Positions 25,371-38,700 of a stretch of DNA of 64,000 nucleotides are shown one piece after another (position 1 is the stretch's first letter; each line of letters starts with the position of its first letter). The stretch comes from Azolla caroliniana (taxonomy: Eukaryota > Plantae > Polypodiophyta), in NCBI GenBank assembly GCA_043228905.1, contig JBHGNT010000012.1, forward strand, positions 248,001-312,000, in the 5' to 3' direction. A program made the position numbers and the translations under genes. Under the pieces are notes generated by a model. That model did not search any database. It was not told where the DNA came from and saw only the letters and a program-made list of their open reading frames with translations.

Positions 25371-28300
25371 TTCTGGCAACGGTGGGATAAACGAGTGGGA
25401 CGGGCAAGAACGGGGATGTGCAATGACTTGCACATGCACATGAGAAAATGTACATAGGAATAAAAGGGAAAATGGAAGGTGCTAGAGTGCACCAAAAAGT
25501 TAGTGAGAAGTAGATGTGATGTGTACTTTAGTGCACATGCACACGTTGTAAAGTAGGTAGTGGCGTGAGTGTGAGAGATTTAAGGGGAGTTAATGTACCA
25601 CTCCCCTAAAATGGAGGCAAATATCCTCCTCTGAAAAGGAGGGGAATTTTTTGCCTCCGATATTGTAACGTCCCTCCCTCCTTGGACTATAAAAGGAAGT
25701 GAGGGGACTCTTCTAAGCTCTCTCCGATTTTGGTCTTTTGGGAACATCATTGTTAGCCGGCCGACAAGGGAAGTCCAGAATGGGGAAAGGGGGATAACTA
25801 ATAACCGAGAGCTGATTATCTATAATATAGAACTATTATGATTTTGAGAAGCAAACGGACGGACCCGGAATCAGTATGCCGATCCGGATCCGGATTCGGA
25901 TCCGGATCGGTTCGTAGCCGGTAACCGGTTGGCACCGGTTTGTACCTAGAGCCGGAGACCTATAAAAGGGCCTGGTTAGATTGTAATCATTAGCGGATAA
26001 TTAATAGCGTGTTGTTGTTCTGTATCTTAATCATTGTTAATTACCATTCTGTGCTAAGTGTAATTCATCTTACGCGTGTATTGTGATTAATGATCTTGCC
26101 GATTAGTAACCAATTAGGGTTTCATTAATAGTTCGGTCTAAGTTTATCTCACCGCAACACCCTTTGGTGAAGTGTCTCAAAGGGACACCCTGTGTTAGGC
26201 CATTGTCCGGCCCTAGTGATAACACACTTTTTGGCGACCACGATTCCTACACAAACGCAGCGAACAACGGCGGGAATGGATGACTAGACCAACGAACGAC
26301 CCGGTTACGGAGTGAGCAAGAAGACTTGTTGAACGATTGCGGAAGCGAGAGGCTTTCCAACAAGCGGCAGAAGAGATCCGTGCGGATCGATCATTTTCCA
26401 AAGCAATCCGGCGAGTGGCCACGGAGTCACTCCGCGTGCAGCAGACTCCCCACTCGGACGAAGGAAGCAACAAAACAATTGGCGGAAACAGCGAAAGACT
26501 GGGTAGAGTTGACCCGGCAGCACTCGGAGGCAACGGAGCGCGCTACAATGGCTCTGAACAAAGTTCAGACGACCTATTAGACCCAACTCATGTACTACAG
26601 AAGCCAAGAAGTGGCAACCGCGAGCCTGATCAAACAATTGAAGGACGAAAAACAGGCCGCAGAGAACAAGTCGAAGATGGGGCTGGGGCGGATCCGGGAC
26701 ATCGTACTGGCATGGAGAGACCGGACGAAAAGAATGGTAGAAGAAAGTGCGGCTCAATGGTGGTCTCAATGGGCTAAGCAGGCAACAGAGTTACAATTGC
26801 TACGATCGGATGCGGAGAATCGGCGGAAGGACGACGATGATTTCTATAAATTAGACAAGGAAAACATTGTTGCCATAAGGGAGGAATTGTCGGACGACTT
26901 CCTGTCATTAACTGGGGACCAATTGGCGGCGGTGAGGCAATTGGTGGAGTAGCTAGACGATGACCAAATGGATACACAACTCCAACTCAAGCGGTATGAA
27001 CGAGAATGGCGACGACACGAAGTGGTCCGAAGAACTGCGACGATCAATATCAATGATGAAGAGCAGTGTTCGGAGCAGGCGGCGAAGGAAGCCAGAACGG
27101 GGGAAAGCCAACCGTATGGAACTTAGGAGGAGAAGACAAACATAACTCCGGAGGCGCAACCGACGGATTGAAACCGGCATACTGAAAACCAGCATCAGGA
27201 GGAGCCGCTAAAGGAAGGTCATCCACAAGAAGTGGTGCACGCCGGAGAGCAGCACCAGGAGACGCCAAGACCAATAGAGCCAAAAAAGGAGGAAGAGCCG
27301 ATAAGACCAACAGAGCCGCCGGAAACTGAAGTGAAGCAGGCACAACTGGAGCCGGAGCAACAACAAGAGCAGCCACAACCGCAGGAACGACAGAAGCTAG
27401 GGCCACAACAGGAGGAACAACAACAGCAACAGACGACTGAATAGCTTCCCGAAGAACCATTGGAACCCTTAGATCAAAGCATTCTGGACATTTTGGAGGA
27501 AGAATGAAGGCAAGATCGTGGGATTCAACGTACAAGGTACTGTCCCACGGGCGTGCCATGTGTTAGCCGGCCGGCAAGGGAAGTCCAGAATGGGGAAAGG
27601 GGGATAACTAATAACCGGGAGTTGATTATCTATAATATAGAATTATTATGATTTTGAGAAGCGAACGGACGGACCCAGAATCGGTATGCCAATCCGGATT
27701 CGCACCGGTTTGTACCTAGAGCCGGAGACCTATAAAAGGGCCTGGTTAGATTGTAATCGTTAGCAGATAATTAATAGAGTGTTGTTGTTCTGTATCTTAA
27801 TCATTGTTAATTACCATTCTGTGCTAAGTGTAATTCATCTTACGCATGTATTGTGATTAATGATCTTGCCGATTAGTAACCAATTAGGGTTTCATTAATA
27901 GTTCGGTCTAAGTTTATCTCACCGCAACACCCTTTTGGTGAAGTGTCTCAAAGGGACACCTTGTGTTAGGCCATTGTCCAGCCCTAGCGATAACAATCAT
28001 TAGGGTTTTTGCTCCGACTACGGTGCAAGTGCTCCCCGATTGGTAGCTTGCGCATTGGGTTGTAGTACCCCATTTCGGTATTGATCGGCTCAATGCCGTG
28101 AATGTAATTGTTCTTGTGATATACATATATGAATATAGTCTTACGTATCGTGTTTGTATTTGTTAGTCGTTCTTTGTCTTTGTCTTTGTCTCTCTCTTCA
28201 CCGATATGTGCGTGTGTGTGTGCGTGTGCCTCTCTCTCTCTCTCTCAATCGTTTGCATTCGGTGCAGTTGAGATGATGACTTGGCCAACATCCTAGTCGA

Positions 28301-29733
28301 AGCGCTAGATACCGATGAAGTTTGGTTCTCTTGTTACCGTTTCTCCTTGGTCTAGGACCCCGGTGGTTCCCCCTAAGCTAACCTGCAAGTCACGGATTTC
28401 TGCAACATCTTTGGTAAACCCGATGTGAAAGGGCAGTAGGGGAGGATGAGGGTTAAAGCTGAAGACTTCGTGGAGGTGATGACAAGGATAGTGATGGAGT
28501 TCGGACGGGCGAAGCTGAAATGAGACGCGGCGCAACAAGCTGTCGAGAGCATGGTCGATTGAGTCAGCTATTTCAACGGGGATAGAATTCCATTGTATTT
28601 GAAACCCTACAACGCTGAGATGACGACGAGGGATGTGGACAATGCAATGAGGTTGGAGTATTTCTGTCGGGTGGCGGTTGTACAAATACACGGGGGGGTA
28701 AAGGAGGTATGGGAAGCTCATAGTTCATGGGAAACCTTCGAAGAGGCAGTGTTGGAGGCATATCACTTCTAGAGGCCAAGAGGACGAGGTTGGTGCGAGT
28801 TCGACCAATGGGTGTTATCAGCAAAAATCCACCAAGGCGCAACAGATGTGTTCCTGGAGTTTGAGCGGCGTTTTGCTCAACTTCCGAAGCGAGAATAAAG
28901 ACTGGTGTGGGTGGATAAGGTCTTACTTTTCGTGAAGTCAATCAACTGGAAGGAATGGATGGCCATCCAGCTTGAACTTGAAGATGAAGACGGTGCAAAT
29001 GGCCTCACTTAGGACTGGACGGAGGTAGAGAGGGTATGCTGACGGCTGGATAAGAAGTAGACGGGGTGCTCGTCAGCCACGACATGGCCCACGAGCGGTA
29101 TCCAAAGGAGGGTGACACGCGATGGCGTGCCATCACAACAAGAAGAGAGGATGCCACAGGACAGTTCAACATGCTCTACGTCGAGGGCTTGATTAGGGAA
29201 ATGTACGAGATCTTCAGGACGAAGGTCAATGATGAGGAAAGGTCCGATGCGTAGTTGGAATCAAGAGGACCGGAGGACAAGGAGGAAGTCGCCTCCTTGG
29301 GGATGAAGGACAGGGCTTATGCAGAGGCTTAAGTATGATACGAAGATACCATGGGAGAGGGTGTGGAGTAAGACACCCTCTCATCTTGCAAAGAAAAGAT
29401 AGCTGAGGAGAAGGCTAGGAACAATGGAACGATGGGGGCCACTTCGGAAGTGGGCGCATATTTCGGGGAATGGTGGTCTGAAACATCGAGCGAAGGAGAA
29501 GCAAGCATAGTGAAAGCCCGCAGAATCAAGGTCAGAGAAGCATATGGAGAGATAGCCACGAACGACAATGTGAAGGTAGAGGTGGCAATGGACAGTTCGT
29601 CAATGATTGATGGTGCCGAGACATTCCCCACACCGGTTCTAGAGACTTTGGTAGTTGTGCTCGAGAGTCAACATGAGACCGAAGAGAAGGAAGGTGGCGA
29701 CAGGAAAGCAGAGAACCCCTATGAACCTCGACG
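25371..29733 (+). mobile_element. Degenerate LTR retrotransposon remnant (LTR-like part interrupted by the 25751-27995 element; gag fragment at about 28570-29050)
   Basis: TATA ctataaaagg at about 25688; gag-like FNGDRIPLYLKPYNAEM...SSWETFEEAVLEAY...FLEFERRF with stop codons; boundaries approximate. Confidence 0.55.
25751..27995 (+). mobile_element. Non-autonomous LTR retrotransposon, 2.2 kb: LTRs 25751-26224 and 27561-27995, TSD ATCAT, decayed coiled-coil ORF, no pol
   Basis: TG...CA LTRs; ATCAT at 25746-25750 and 27996-28000; TATA cctataaaagggc on + strand; PBS TGGCGACCAC at about 26232; internal ORF about 26279-27506 with stops and a frameshift. Confidence 0.9.
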
Positions 29734-32700
29734 AGGGCCGCGTTTAATGGGGGTAGTTCCATCCCCATTCGGCGTATACCGGCGTTCCGTTGTCTGCCGA
29801 CTCTGGCTGGTTGCTCCTCATCATCGCTTTCCGTCGTTTGTGTTAGCGCACGCTCGATCATTTGTCGTTCCGCATGCTCCTCGGCCATTCGTTGGGAGAC
29901 TTTTATTTGTTGTGTTGCCAAAAATTCCATGAGTTCAAAAGTAGTTCCGAACTGTAATAGTGCGCTGAACTCATGGGCCGTGTCTGGAATGTCCGGATAT
30001 GCCAGGATCTCGCTTTTCACCATAAATACGCCTTTCCCCCGCTGTGACTGGGCTGAAATGATCGGTCATGGTTCCCGGATTATTTCGAAGGTGGTGTTGG
30101 GCTCCGTAGCTACGGAGCTGTCGACCACGGTGGTCGTCTCTATGGCCGCGAGTGTGTCTTTAACTAATCCGCACCCATCTTTCTTGTCCAGCCTCTGTGG
30201 TTTCGGCCTTGGGCTTCCCTAACGTTGCTTGGCTTCCTGCTCATACAGAGTTTCCTCCCTGTGCTCCGCCCGTTCCTCCTGTGTTGTTCGCTGCTGGGCT
30301 GGGTTGATTGGGGTTCATCCTCCCATTCTGTGGTGGCCAACTCTGCTAACCTTCGTTTCGCGGATCGTGGCGGTTGCGTGGGTTTGTTGGGTTGTGGTGC
30401 GGGTAGTCGTCGGGGCGGGAATAGTATCGTCAAATACTGTTGTATGATTGGCCTTAGCTTTTTGCCGCCTTGATACACGTGCAGGCCTTCCCGCAACGCT
30501 GGTCCCGTAATGACCCCCCAATCGACTGTGCGCCCTTCGAAGGTATCAATGATGATACCCTACCTTCTACTCGGGCATCCCATAGGCATTTATATGCACA
30601 CATCCGACCTCCAACAGGAACTTGGATATTTCGCGTAAGAAGGGGTCTGGGATTTCCTTCGTCCTCTATGCCTTGGCGGACGCCAAATATGGCCCGAAAT
30701 ATCTCTGCAAAGTTTTCATAGGAGGGATTTCGAAATGTCTTTCTCCCAGCAATGACAGGTGAAGCTTCTTCCGAATGGATGTGTTGGTGACCGTGTCAAT
30801 ATTAAGCTTCCTAGCAATGTCCAGGGCTTCAGGGTGAGGGGGTGCCTCGGTGACTTTGATGTATCCATCCATGCGTTTCTCGACGAGCCATCAACGCAAG
30901 GCGGCAGAAATAGGGATCGGCATAGTAGGAGGGTGAGATTCGTGGGTAGTGGGTTAGGACTGTTGGCTATGGCGAACTTGAGCTCTGTGGTAGGATGGAG
31001 AGGAGGGTGAGTGAGGGGAGCGATGAGAGTTAGAAGGTTGGTTTCTGTACTGTGCAGAAAACCTTCTATTTTCTTCTTTTTGTGGCCTAGGTTTCATTGG
31101 TCGGTGAGCCATCGTTGTGCCGCGTGTTCTTGGCCTAGAAGTTTGTGCATGCCTTAAGTCCTTTTAATAGCATCACTATCTTCTCTTCTTCTTCTTTCTT
31201 TTTCCTTTTGTAACGGTTACACACAATATTATTTTTACACTATAGTACAAGTAGGGCCTTATACTTACTCCGCGAATTCCCCGGCTTTGTCCTGTCCGGC
31301 GGGGAATAGGTTAGGTGGCGTAGGTCCCAGGTAAGGTTTAAGGCGAAACCCATTCACCTTTTGCCGTAACACTTCCCCGGCCAAAGTGCCAAGTTGAAAC
31401 GTGCCTTGTTCCACTCCCACTATCCACTACGGGCCTGTCCAACTGAATCTTAATTTTCCTGGCATTTGCCCCATGCGTGTTTGAAAAACTAATACCGCTT
31501 TCCCAACCGTAAAATCCTTCTCACGCGCATGCCGATGTCGGTCCGCGAATGCTTTGCGCAGCCGTTGTTCCTGCTCCAATATGGCCATACTGCATAACCT
31601 TGTTTCGCCTAGTTCGAGCAATTGTTGTAGTCGTATTTGTTCAGATTTTCCCTCTAGCAGCCGAGCTCGTACTTGAATCCGCAGACTGGGTACCTGGAAT
31701 TCGACAAGCATCACGGCCTCCAGCCCAAATGCTAACCTGAAAGGCGTGGATTGTATGCTGGTCTTATAGCTAGTTCGATGCGCCCATAACGCGCTGTGCA
31801 ATTTGGTACCCCAATCTATTCTATTCTCATTGACTATCTTTTTTAGGATAGTTTGTAATGTTTTGTTCGTGGATTTGGCCAAGCCATTTGCTTGTGGGTA
31901 ATACGGCGTACTCTTTTTGTGAACCACATCGTAGCGTTGGGTCAACTCGCTGATGACTGTATTTAGAAAGTGAGTCCCTTGGTCACCAATAAGCCCGAAA
32001 CGACACCAGATATGTTCGTAAAGGAATTTCGTCGTGAATGCCGTGGTATTTTCGCTTCTACCCACTTGGTGCAGTAATCCCTAGCCACTAGGATATACTT
32101 ATTGCCTGTTCGAGTAGCCGCCGGGGTAAAAGGTCCCACAAAATCCAGCCCCCACTTTTGGAAAGGATCCAACGGCAACACCGGTTGATGTGGCATTCTC
32201 GCGACCTTCGTGGGCTGGCCCAACCGTTGGCATAAATCGCATTGTTTGCAATATTCATACGCATCCTCTTGCGTATTGGCCACCAAAGTCCTGCTTGCCA
32301 GATTTTCCGGGCCGTAACATAGCTCGCGTAATGTCCTCCCGCCGTACCACAGTGGGCTTCGCGTAAAACCGCAACCTTCTCATCCTGCCGTATTCCGCGC
32401 CTCCAGATCCCGTCACTGCCCTTGTGATATAGGACGTCGTCGACTAAACAGAAATTACGACTCCGTACGGCCAGCCGTTTTTTCTCGTCCGTCCTTAATT
32501 GGGGTGGCGGTAACCCCATGGTCAGAAAATAGGTCATTTCCATCAACCACCGATCTAGAAAAGTCTTTTCTGTTCTTTCTGCTAAAATTGCTATACGCTG
32601 AATGTCCACATCCGGAAAGTCGTCGTCATCTTTTTGCGCCATTTCTCCATTATCTAGTCTGCTCAAGAAATCCGCCACCATGTGTTGTGTCCCCGGTCGG

Positions 32701-35700
32701 TGGTGAATTACAAAGTCGAATTCTTGGAGCAACAGCATCCATCTGGCCAATTTTCCCGTCAGTGCATGTTTCCCCACCAGATATAGCAATGTCATATGAT
32801 CCACGTGAAACGTGAATTTCCGCCCTAGCATATAGTGCCAGAATTTATTGATGTTGTATATCATACCCAACACGTTCCGTTGTGGAATAGTTATGCTCAG
32901 CCTTTGATAGTTTTCGACTAGCGTAGTGCATTGGTCGGTACCAATTCAGCTTCGTGAGATGCATTAACGCACTACCTATTGCTATATCCGAGGCATCCAC
33001 GAACACGTGAAATGGTTTCGCCCAAATTGGTGGTTGTACGATCGGTGCTTACGTTAGCATTATTTTTAGCGCATCATATGCCTTCTCTTCCGTTGTTGTC
33101 CATTTGAAAGGAGTACGGTGAATGGCGGCATGTAATGGTGTGGTGAAATCCGCCAAATAGTGTATCATCCGACTGTGCCATCGTATTTGTCCCAAAAACC
33201 GGTTGAGTGCTTTCGCGTTTGTCAGTGTTTTTGCATGAGTAATCACAAAGATTTTGTTTGGATCGACTGCTATCCCTTCCTTACTGACTAGGTGGCCGAG
33301 GAGAGCTCCGCTGGTGACGTCGAACGCGCATTTGGCGGGATTCAGGCTTAAGCGTGCAGTTTGGCAACGCTCCAGGCAAAGCTGTAGATGCGAAAAATGT
33401 TCGGTTGCTGTCCCATATACCGCAAAATCGTCTAAAAAGACCTGCATGAAGGTAGGTATATATTCTCCAAAAATCTCTGTGATTGTCCGTTGAAATGTAA
33501 GCAGCACCGTCTTTAGCCCGAACATCATGACGACCGCGACATAGACTCCCCAGACCGTGACAAACGACGTCTTCTCTTGGTTGTCTGGGTGCATGTGTAC
33601 TGGATTGTACCCACTGAAGCCATCTAGAAAGTTGTACATGCCCTGCGACGGCATCCAGTACGTTGTCGGCGAAAGGTAAAGGGAACGCGTCTGTAATGGT
33701 TACGACGTTCAATTTCCGATAGTCCACGCACACACGTATTTTGCCATTTTTCTTTGGTACGACTACTATCGGGCTTAGCCATGTGGCTTGTTTGACTAGT
33801 CGAATGAATCCGGCCTTGAGGAGTTTGTCAATTTCCTCTTTTACGCGAGCTGCGTAATTTGGGTTCATGCGGTATCGACGTTGCTGGACCGGTTTCACGT
33901 TGATCGCTAAATTGATCTTATGTTGATAGAACTTCGGCTCTAATCCCTTCATGTCCTCATGGGACCAAGTGGACACATCTTTATACTTCCTAATTAGTGT
34001 AACAATCGCGTCTCTCTGATCTGGTAGTAATTATTTTGCGATGGAGAGGAATCGGGGGTCTGACATCGTACGCACGTTTACTTCTTCTAGGGCTGAGGCA
34101 GCGACTCATCGTGAAATTTCCATTTCCCTCTCGAACACTGCCCGTGCTCTACTTAATTCTAATATTGACTCGGGGTCTGTTTCGTAAGCCTCGTTGTGGA
34201 GCATAGTGGGCGTGGCATATTCCGCCTCGGTTTCTATGACGTCGATTTCGAATAGCGGAATAATCCGGGGGTGCTCATCGAGGTATACTTCTAATTTTGT
34301 ATCATCCACCCCAACCAACATATTTATATGTTCCACATATAACAGTGTTATGCCCTTGGGTTGTGCTGCCATTTCCTTTGTTGGTACGCGAACTTTGGTG
34401 CGTCCGCGTCAAAAGCTGATGCACTTATGTTGCCAACTCTGTTTGATATTCACTGAACAAAGCCACGGTCTGCCAAGCAGCATAGGATATGCTCCTGGGC
34501 GTCGAGGGCGAGGACTACCACCGAGACGTCGAAGCGATGTCCGCCCACGATAATGCCTAACTTGTGTATTAAGCCTAAAGGCCGTACTGAGCGGGTATCC
34601 GCCATGCGAAGCCAAAACGGCCAAGCTTCCCATTCTGAAATTCCCAATTGTTCACATGTCTTCATGCTAATTACATTGACACCAAAGTCACCGTCGATTA
34701 CGCATCTTGTGATTTCTTGACCATGTAATATCAACTTAATAGCCGGATTATGGTGATCCAACACCGTTGGTCCGACGCTGGTGTCCGTAAAGTTGGCGGA
34801 GATGCTTACCCCAGGTTTGCATGTTATGCGATCCTCCACGGCCTGGCGGAACCGTGGGACTAGTTGAAGTAGCTTCTCCATGGTCAGTGTTATCTCGCAG
34901 CCTGCTAGTGCTTGCCATATGGGATCCGGAGATATCACCTCTTCCTCCAAAGACCCCACATTGTTCGCGGACTCCTGCCGCATGCGTTCTGTATTTGCTA
35001 CGTTCGCTTTTTCGACCCATGCTTGGGCCGTCTAACGTATCTCATCTTGCGTGGACCAATCAACATTTTTTGTTTGTTGTCTTGTCGTGACTTGCTCAAC
35101 TTCCGCCATAATCATATTGACGGCAGGCCCCTTGCCCTTGCGTAGTGGACATTGCATGACATAATGTCCAGGCTGTTGGCAAATGAAACAATGGACGCTA
35201 GATTCACCTTTCTCGGCAGCTAGTGTCGTGTTCCAATCCCTAGGTGTGACTTGCTCCTCCCGGTCTTGGTTCATTCTTCTGAGTGTTCACGGTGGTTGTT
35301 GTTGGTCCCGGTGCGGCTCTTGGTGCTGGTCATCGTCCGAACTTTCGTCGTACCGCCGTTGGTCCCGATATTGACGATGTTTCCTAAGAGGCCCATTGAA
35401 GCCGCCGCGTTTGTTCGTCGGACGGTAATTCTCGTAGCGTCGGCCTCCTTTATTATATCTGTGGTTGCCTCGGTAGTCTTCTTCCTCCGACTCTTCTTCC
35501 TCGGAATCGTTGTTATTCCGGCGATTCCGGTAGTGCCGGTCATTGTCAGGAATAGTACTAAAGCAGAGAGAGAATTAGTACTAAAGAAGAGAAGTACTAT
35601 TAGTACTAAAAGGAAGGGACCGTGTAAGATTCCCGAGAGAGAAAGAGAGAAGAGGAGAGAGAGATAGCAAGGATGATAACAACTAATATATTATGTGAAG

Positions 35701-38700
35701 GATAAGTACAAAGTGGCTAAGAGGCTTAAGACTGGCGTTGAACCAATTTGGTTCAAAACAATGCCTTGTGCCTCCTTTTATAGTGGTCTCAGGAGTAGTC
35801 CTGAAGCTTCTAGAATGTTCAAGAGAAATCTGGAATATACATTAATTTCTTATAATAAAGCATAAATGAAAATAATATCCTACGAATTACAATAGATGGT
35901 GTGATGGTTAAGAGCTCGACCCATATACCATAAGGTCATGGGTTCGAGTCTTGTCATATCATGACACTATCCCCCCCTTAAGACGACGAGTGGAACGAGT
36001 CGACGTTGATTGAGGACCGGGTTTGTCGGTGAAAATCAGCAAGAAGATCCTGAGCATTGGCGACATGCTTGACAGGCTCCCAAGTACGTTCGCTCGGACT
36101 ATAGCTGAGCCAATCGACCAAATAATAAAGTTTGTTGCGAACAAATTTGGAGTCGAGGATGGCAGCAACTTCATACTCCGGGCCGGCGTCTAACTCAAGC
36201 GGGGGCGGCGGTGGTGTAACACGATCGGGAATAATGTTTGCTTTATAAGGTTCAAGAAGAGAACTATGGAAGACCGGATGTATTCAAAGATGCGGAGGAA
36301 GATCAAGGCTGAACGTGACATCATTAACCTTACCGGTAATACGGAAAGGACCGAGTCGTCGATAATCCAACTTGTCGCACAGTTGAGTAGTCTTGATGTG
36401 ACGACGTAAAAGCCATACTCGATCTCCGATGGAAAAAGAGGAGGGAAGCCGATGACGATCCGTGTAAGTCTTCTATGTCTGTTGAGCATGACAAAGATGA
36501 GTAGAGAGATCCATTTGGATCTTGCGTAGTCTCTCCAAATGATCCTCGGCACGAGGATTGATAGCTAGCTCCAAGGTGTCGATCACCGACCAGCAAGAAT
36601 GAGAACCAATATAAGCGTAGAATGGGGAGACTCGAGTCGAGGAGTGAACAACATTATTATACGCAAACTCCGCAAAATGGAGAATCTCGGCCCAATCATC
36701 CTGTTGATAACTCAGGAAACATCGGAGATATTGCTCCAGCGTTTGGTTTGTTTGTTCCGCTTGCCCATCGATCGGAGGATGGTAGCCGGAGGAGAGGTTG
36801 CAAGAGACCTTGAGCATCTTGAAGAGATGCTGCCAATATTTGGAGACGATTTGCGGTCCTCGGTCACTAATGATACTGTCTGGGAGGCCATGATGCCGAA
36901 ATACCTCACGCATGACAAGGGCGATGGTTTCCTCGCTAGTGATGGCCTTAGTACACGGCACAAAATGTGCCATCTTCGTATATCGATTGACGATGGTTAA
37001 GATAACATTGAACCCCTTTGAGACTGGCAGATCTGTGATAAAATCAAGACAAATAGACTGCCACGACTTACTTGGAATCGGTAAGGGTTCCAACAAGCCA
37101 TATGGATGGCGTCGTGGCATCTTTGCTCAACAGCAAGCATCACAGGTCCGAACGTAGTTGTCGACAAAACGTCACATATGGGGCCACCAAAAGGATCGTT
37201 GAACTAGATCCAACGTCTTAGTGCTACCGAAATGTCCCGCCATATGGGTGTCGTGACAACTTTGGACGATTTGAAGGCAACAGGAGCAATTGGGGACATA
37301 TACAAGCTTTTTAAAGAATAGCAAACCATCATGATATTCGAATTGTCAGTAGTCCATACCTGGTTGTTGAGACTGGGAACAGGATGCCCGAGAGGTATCA
37401 ATGTGCGCTAGAATGTCTTGAGCAAAATTGTTCGTCTTCAAGTTCGCACGTATGGTGTCGGTAATCTGGGAATCCATTAGGGTCTGAAAAATACGCGTTG
37501 TGTGCAATCATGTTGGTTCCAAGATTACTTGCTTTTGATTATCGAGCGTTGGATCACCAGGACGAGGTGCAAGAAATGAACGTCGTGATAGTGCATCTGG
37601 CTTTCCTTGATGCTTCCCCGGTCGATATGCGATTTTGAAATCAAAACGTGTGAGGAATTGAGTCCACCTAGCTTGCCGTCGATTTAGCACACGAGCGTTC
37701 TGGAAATAAGAAAGATTCTTGTGATCATTGAAGACGATGACCTGATGTGGAGAGCCCTCCAAAAAATGCCGCCATTGCATAACTCCTTGTCATGTATTTC
37801 GTAGTTGATTTCCGCAACATCGAATTTGCGCGAATGGAAAGCCACAGGATGTAACTCTTCTTTATCTCCTTGTTGAGAAAGGATGCTACCGAGGGCGAAA
37901 TCTGATGCGTCGGCCTCCATGATGAATGGTTTGCTTGTATCCACATGAGCTAGAATAGGTGCTAATGTAAAGGCTTTCTTAAGATGCCAAAAAGCCATGT
38001 CAGCTTCATTGGGCCAAAGAAATGCTTGTCCCTACTTCGTAAGTTGTGTGAGAGGTAAAATAGTCTTCAAGTAATCCTATATAAACTTGCGGTAGAAGTT
38101 AGCAAAACCTAGAAAACATTGTACATCTCGTACCGACCGTGGAATTTGCCACTCTAGCACAGTTTGGACTTTAGCTGGATCCATGGAGATGCCCTTTGAG
38201 GAGATAATGTAGCCTAGAAATTCCACTTGCTTGCAGTCAAAGCTACATTTTTCTAGCTTGGCATAAAAACCATTCTCGTGGAGTCGGTTTAGTACTAATA
38301 GTACATGAGAATCGTTCTCTTCCTGGGTCTTCGAATAAATATAGATCATCCAGATAGATGATCAAATAGATATCCAAGAGGTCTCTGAATATATCATTTG
38401 CCATGTGTTGGAAGACTGTGAGTGCATTGGTTAGAACGAACGACATAACAGTATATTCGAAATGCCCATACCGCGTGCGAAAGGTAGTCTTCCATTCATC
38501 TCCCGGTCCGATTCGCACGAGGTTATACGCTCCTCGTAGATCGATTTTTGCAAAAAACTTGGCACCATTAACTCGCTCTAAAAGACTTGATATAAGAGGA
38601 AGTGCATACCTATTCCGGATGGTGACCTTATTTAAGCCGCAGTAATCAACAATGAGACGAAGTGAGCCATCTTTCTTCTTGACAAAGAAGATGGGTGCTC

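Noticed and set aside
25751-27995. Retrozyme (hammerhead in LTR) or Cassandra (5S in LTR) identity
   Set aside because: No CUGAUGA...GAAA hammerhead core or 5S sequence seen by eye in these LTRs
35895-35960. Functional tRNA gene
   Set aside because: Acceptor and anticodon stems do not pair; kept only as a tRNA-derived module
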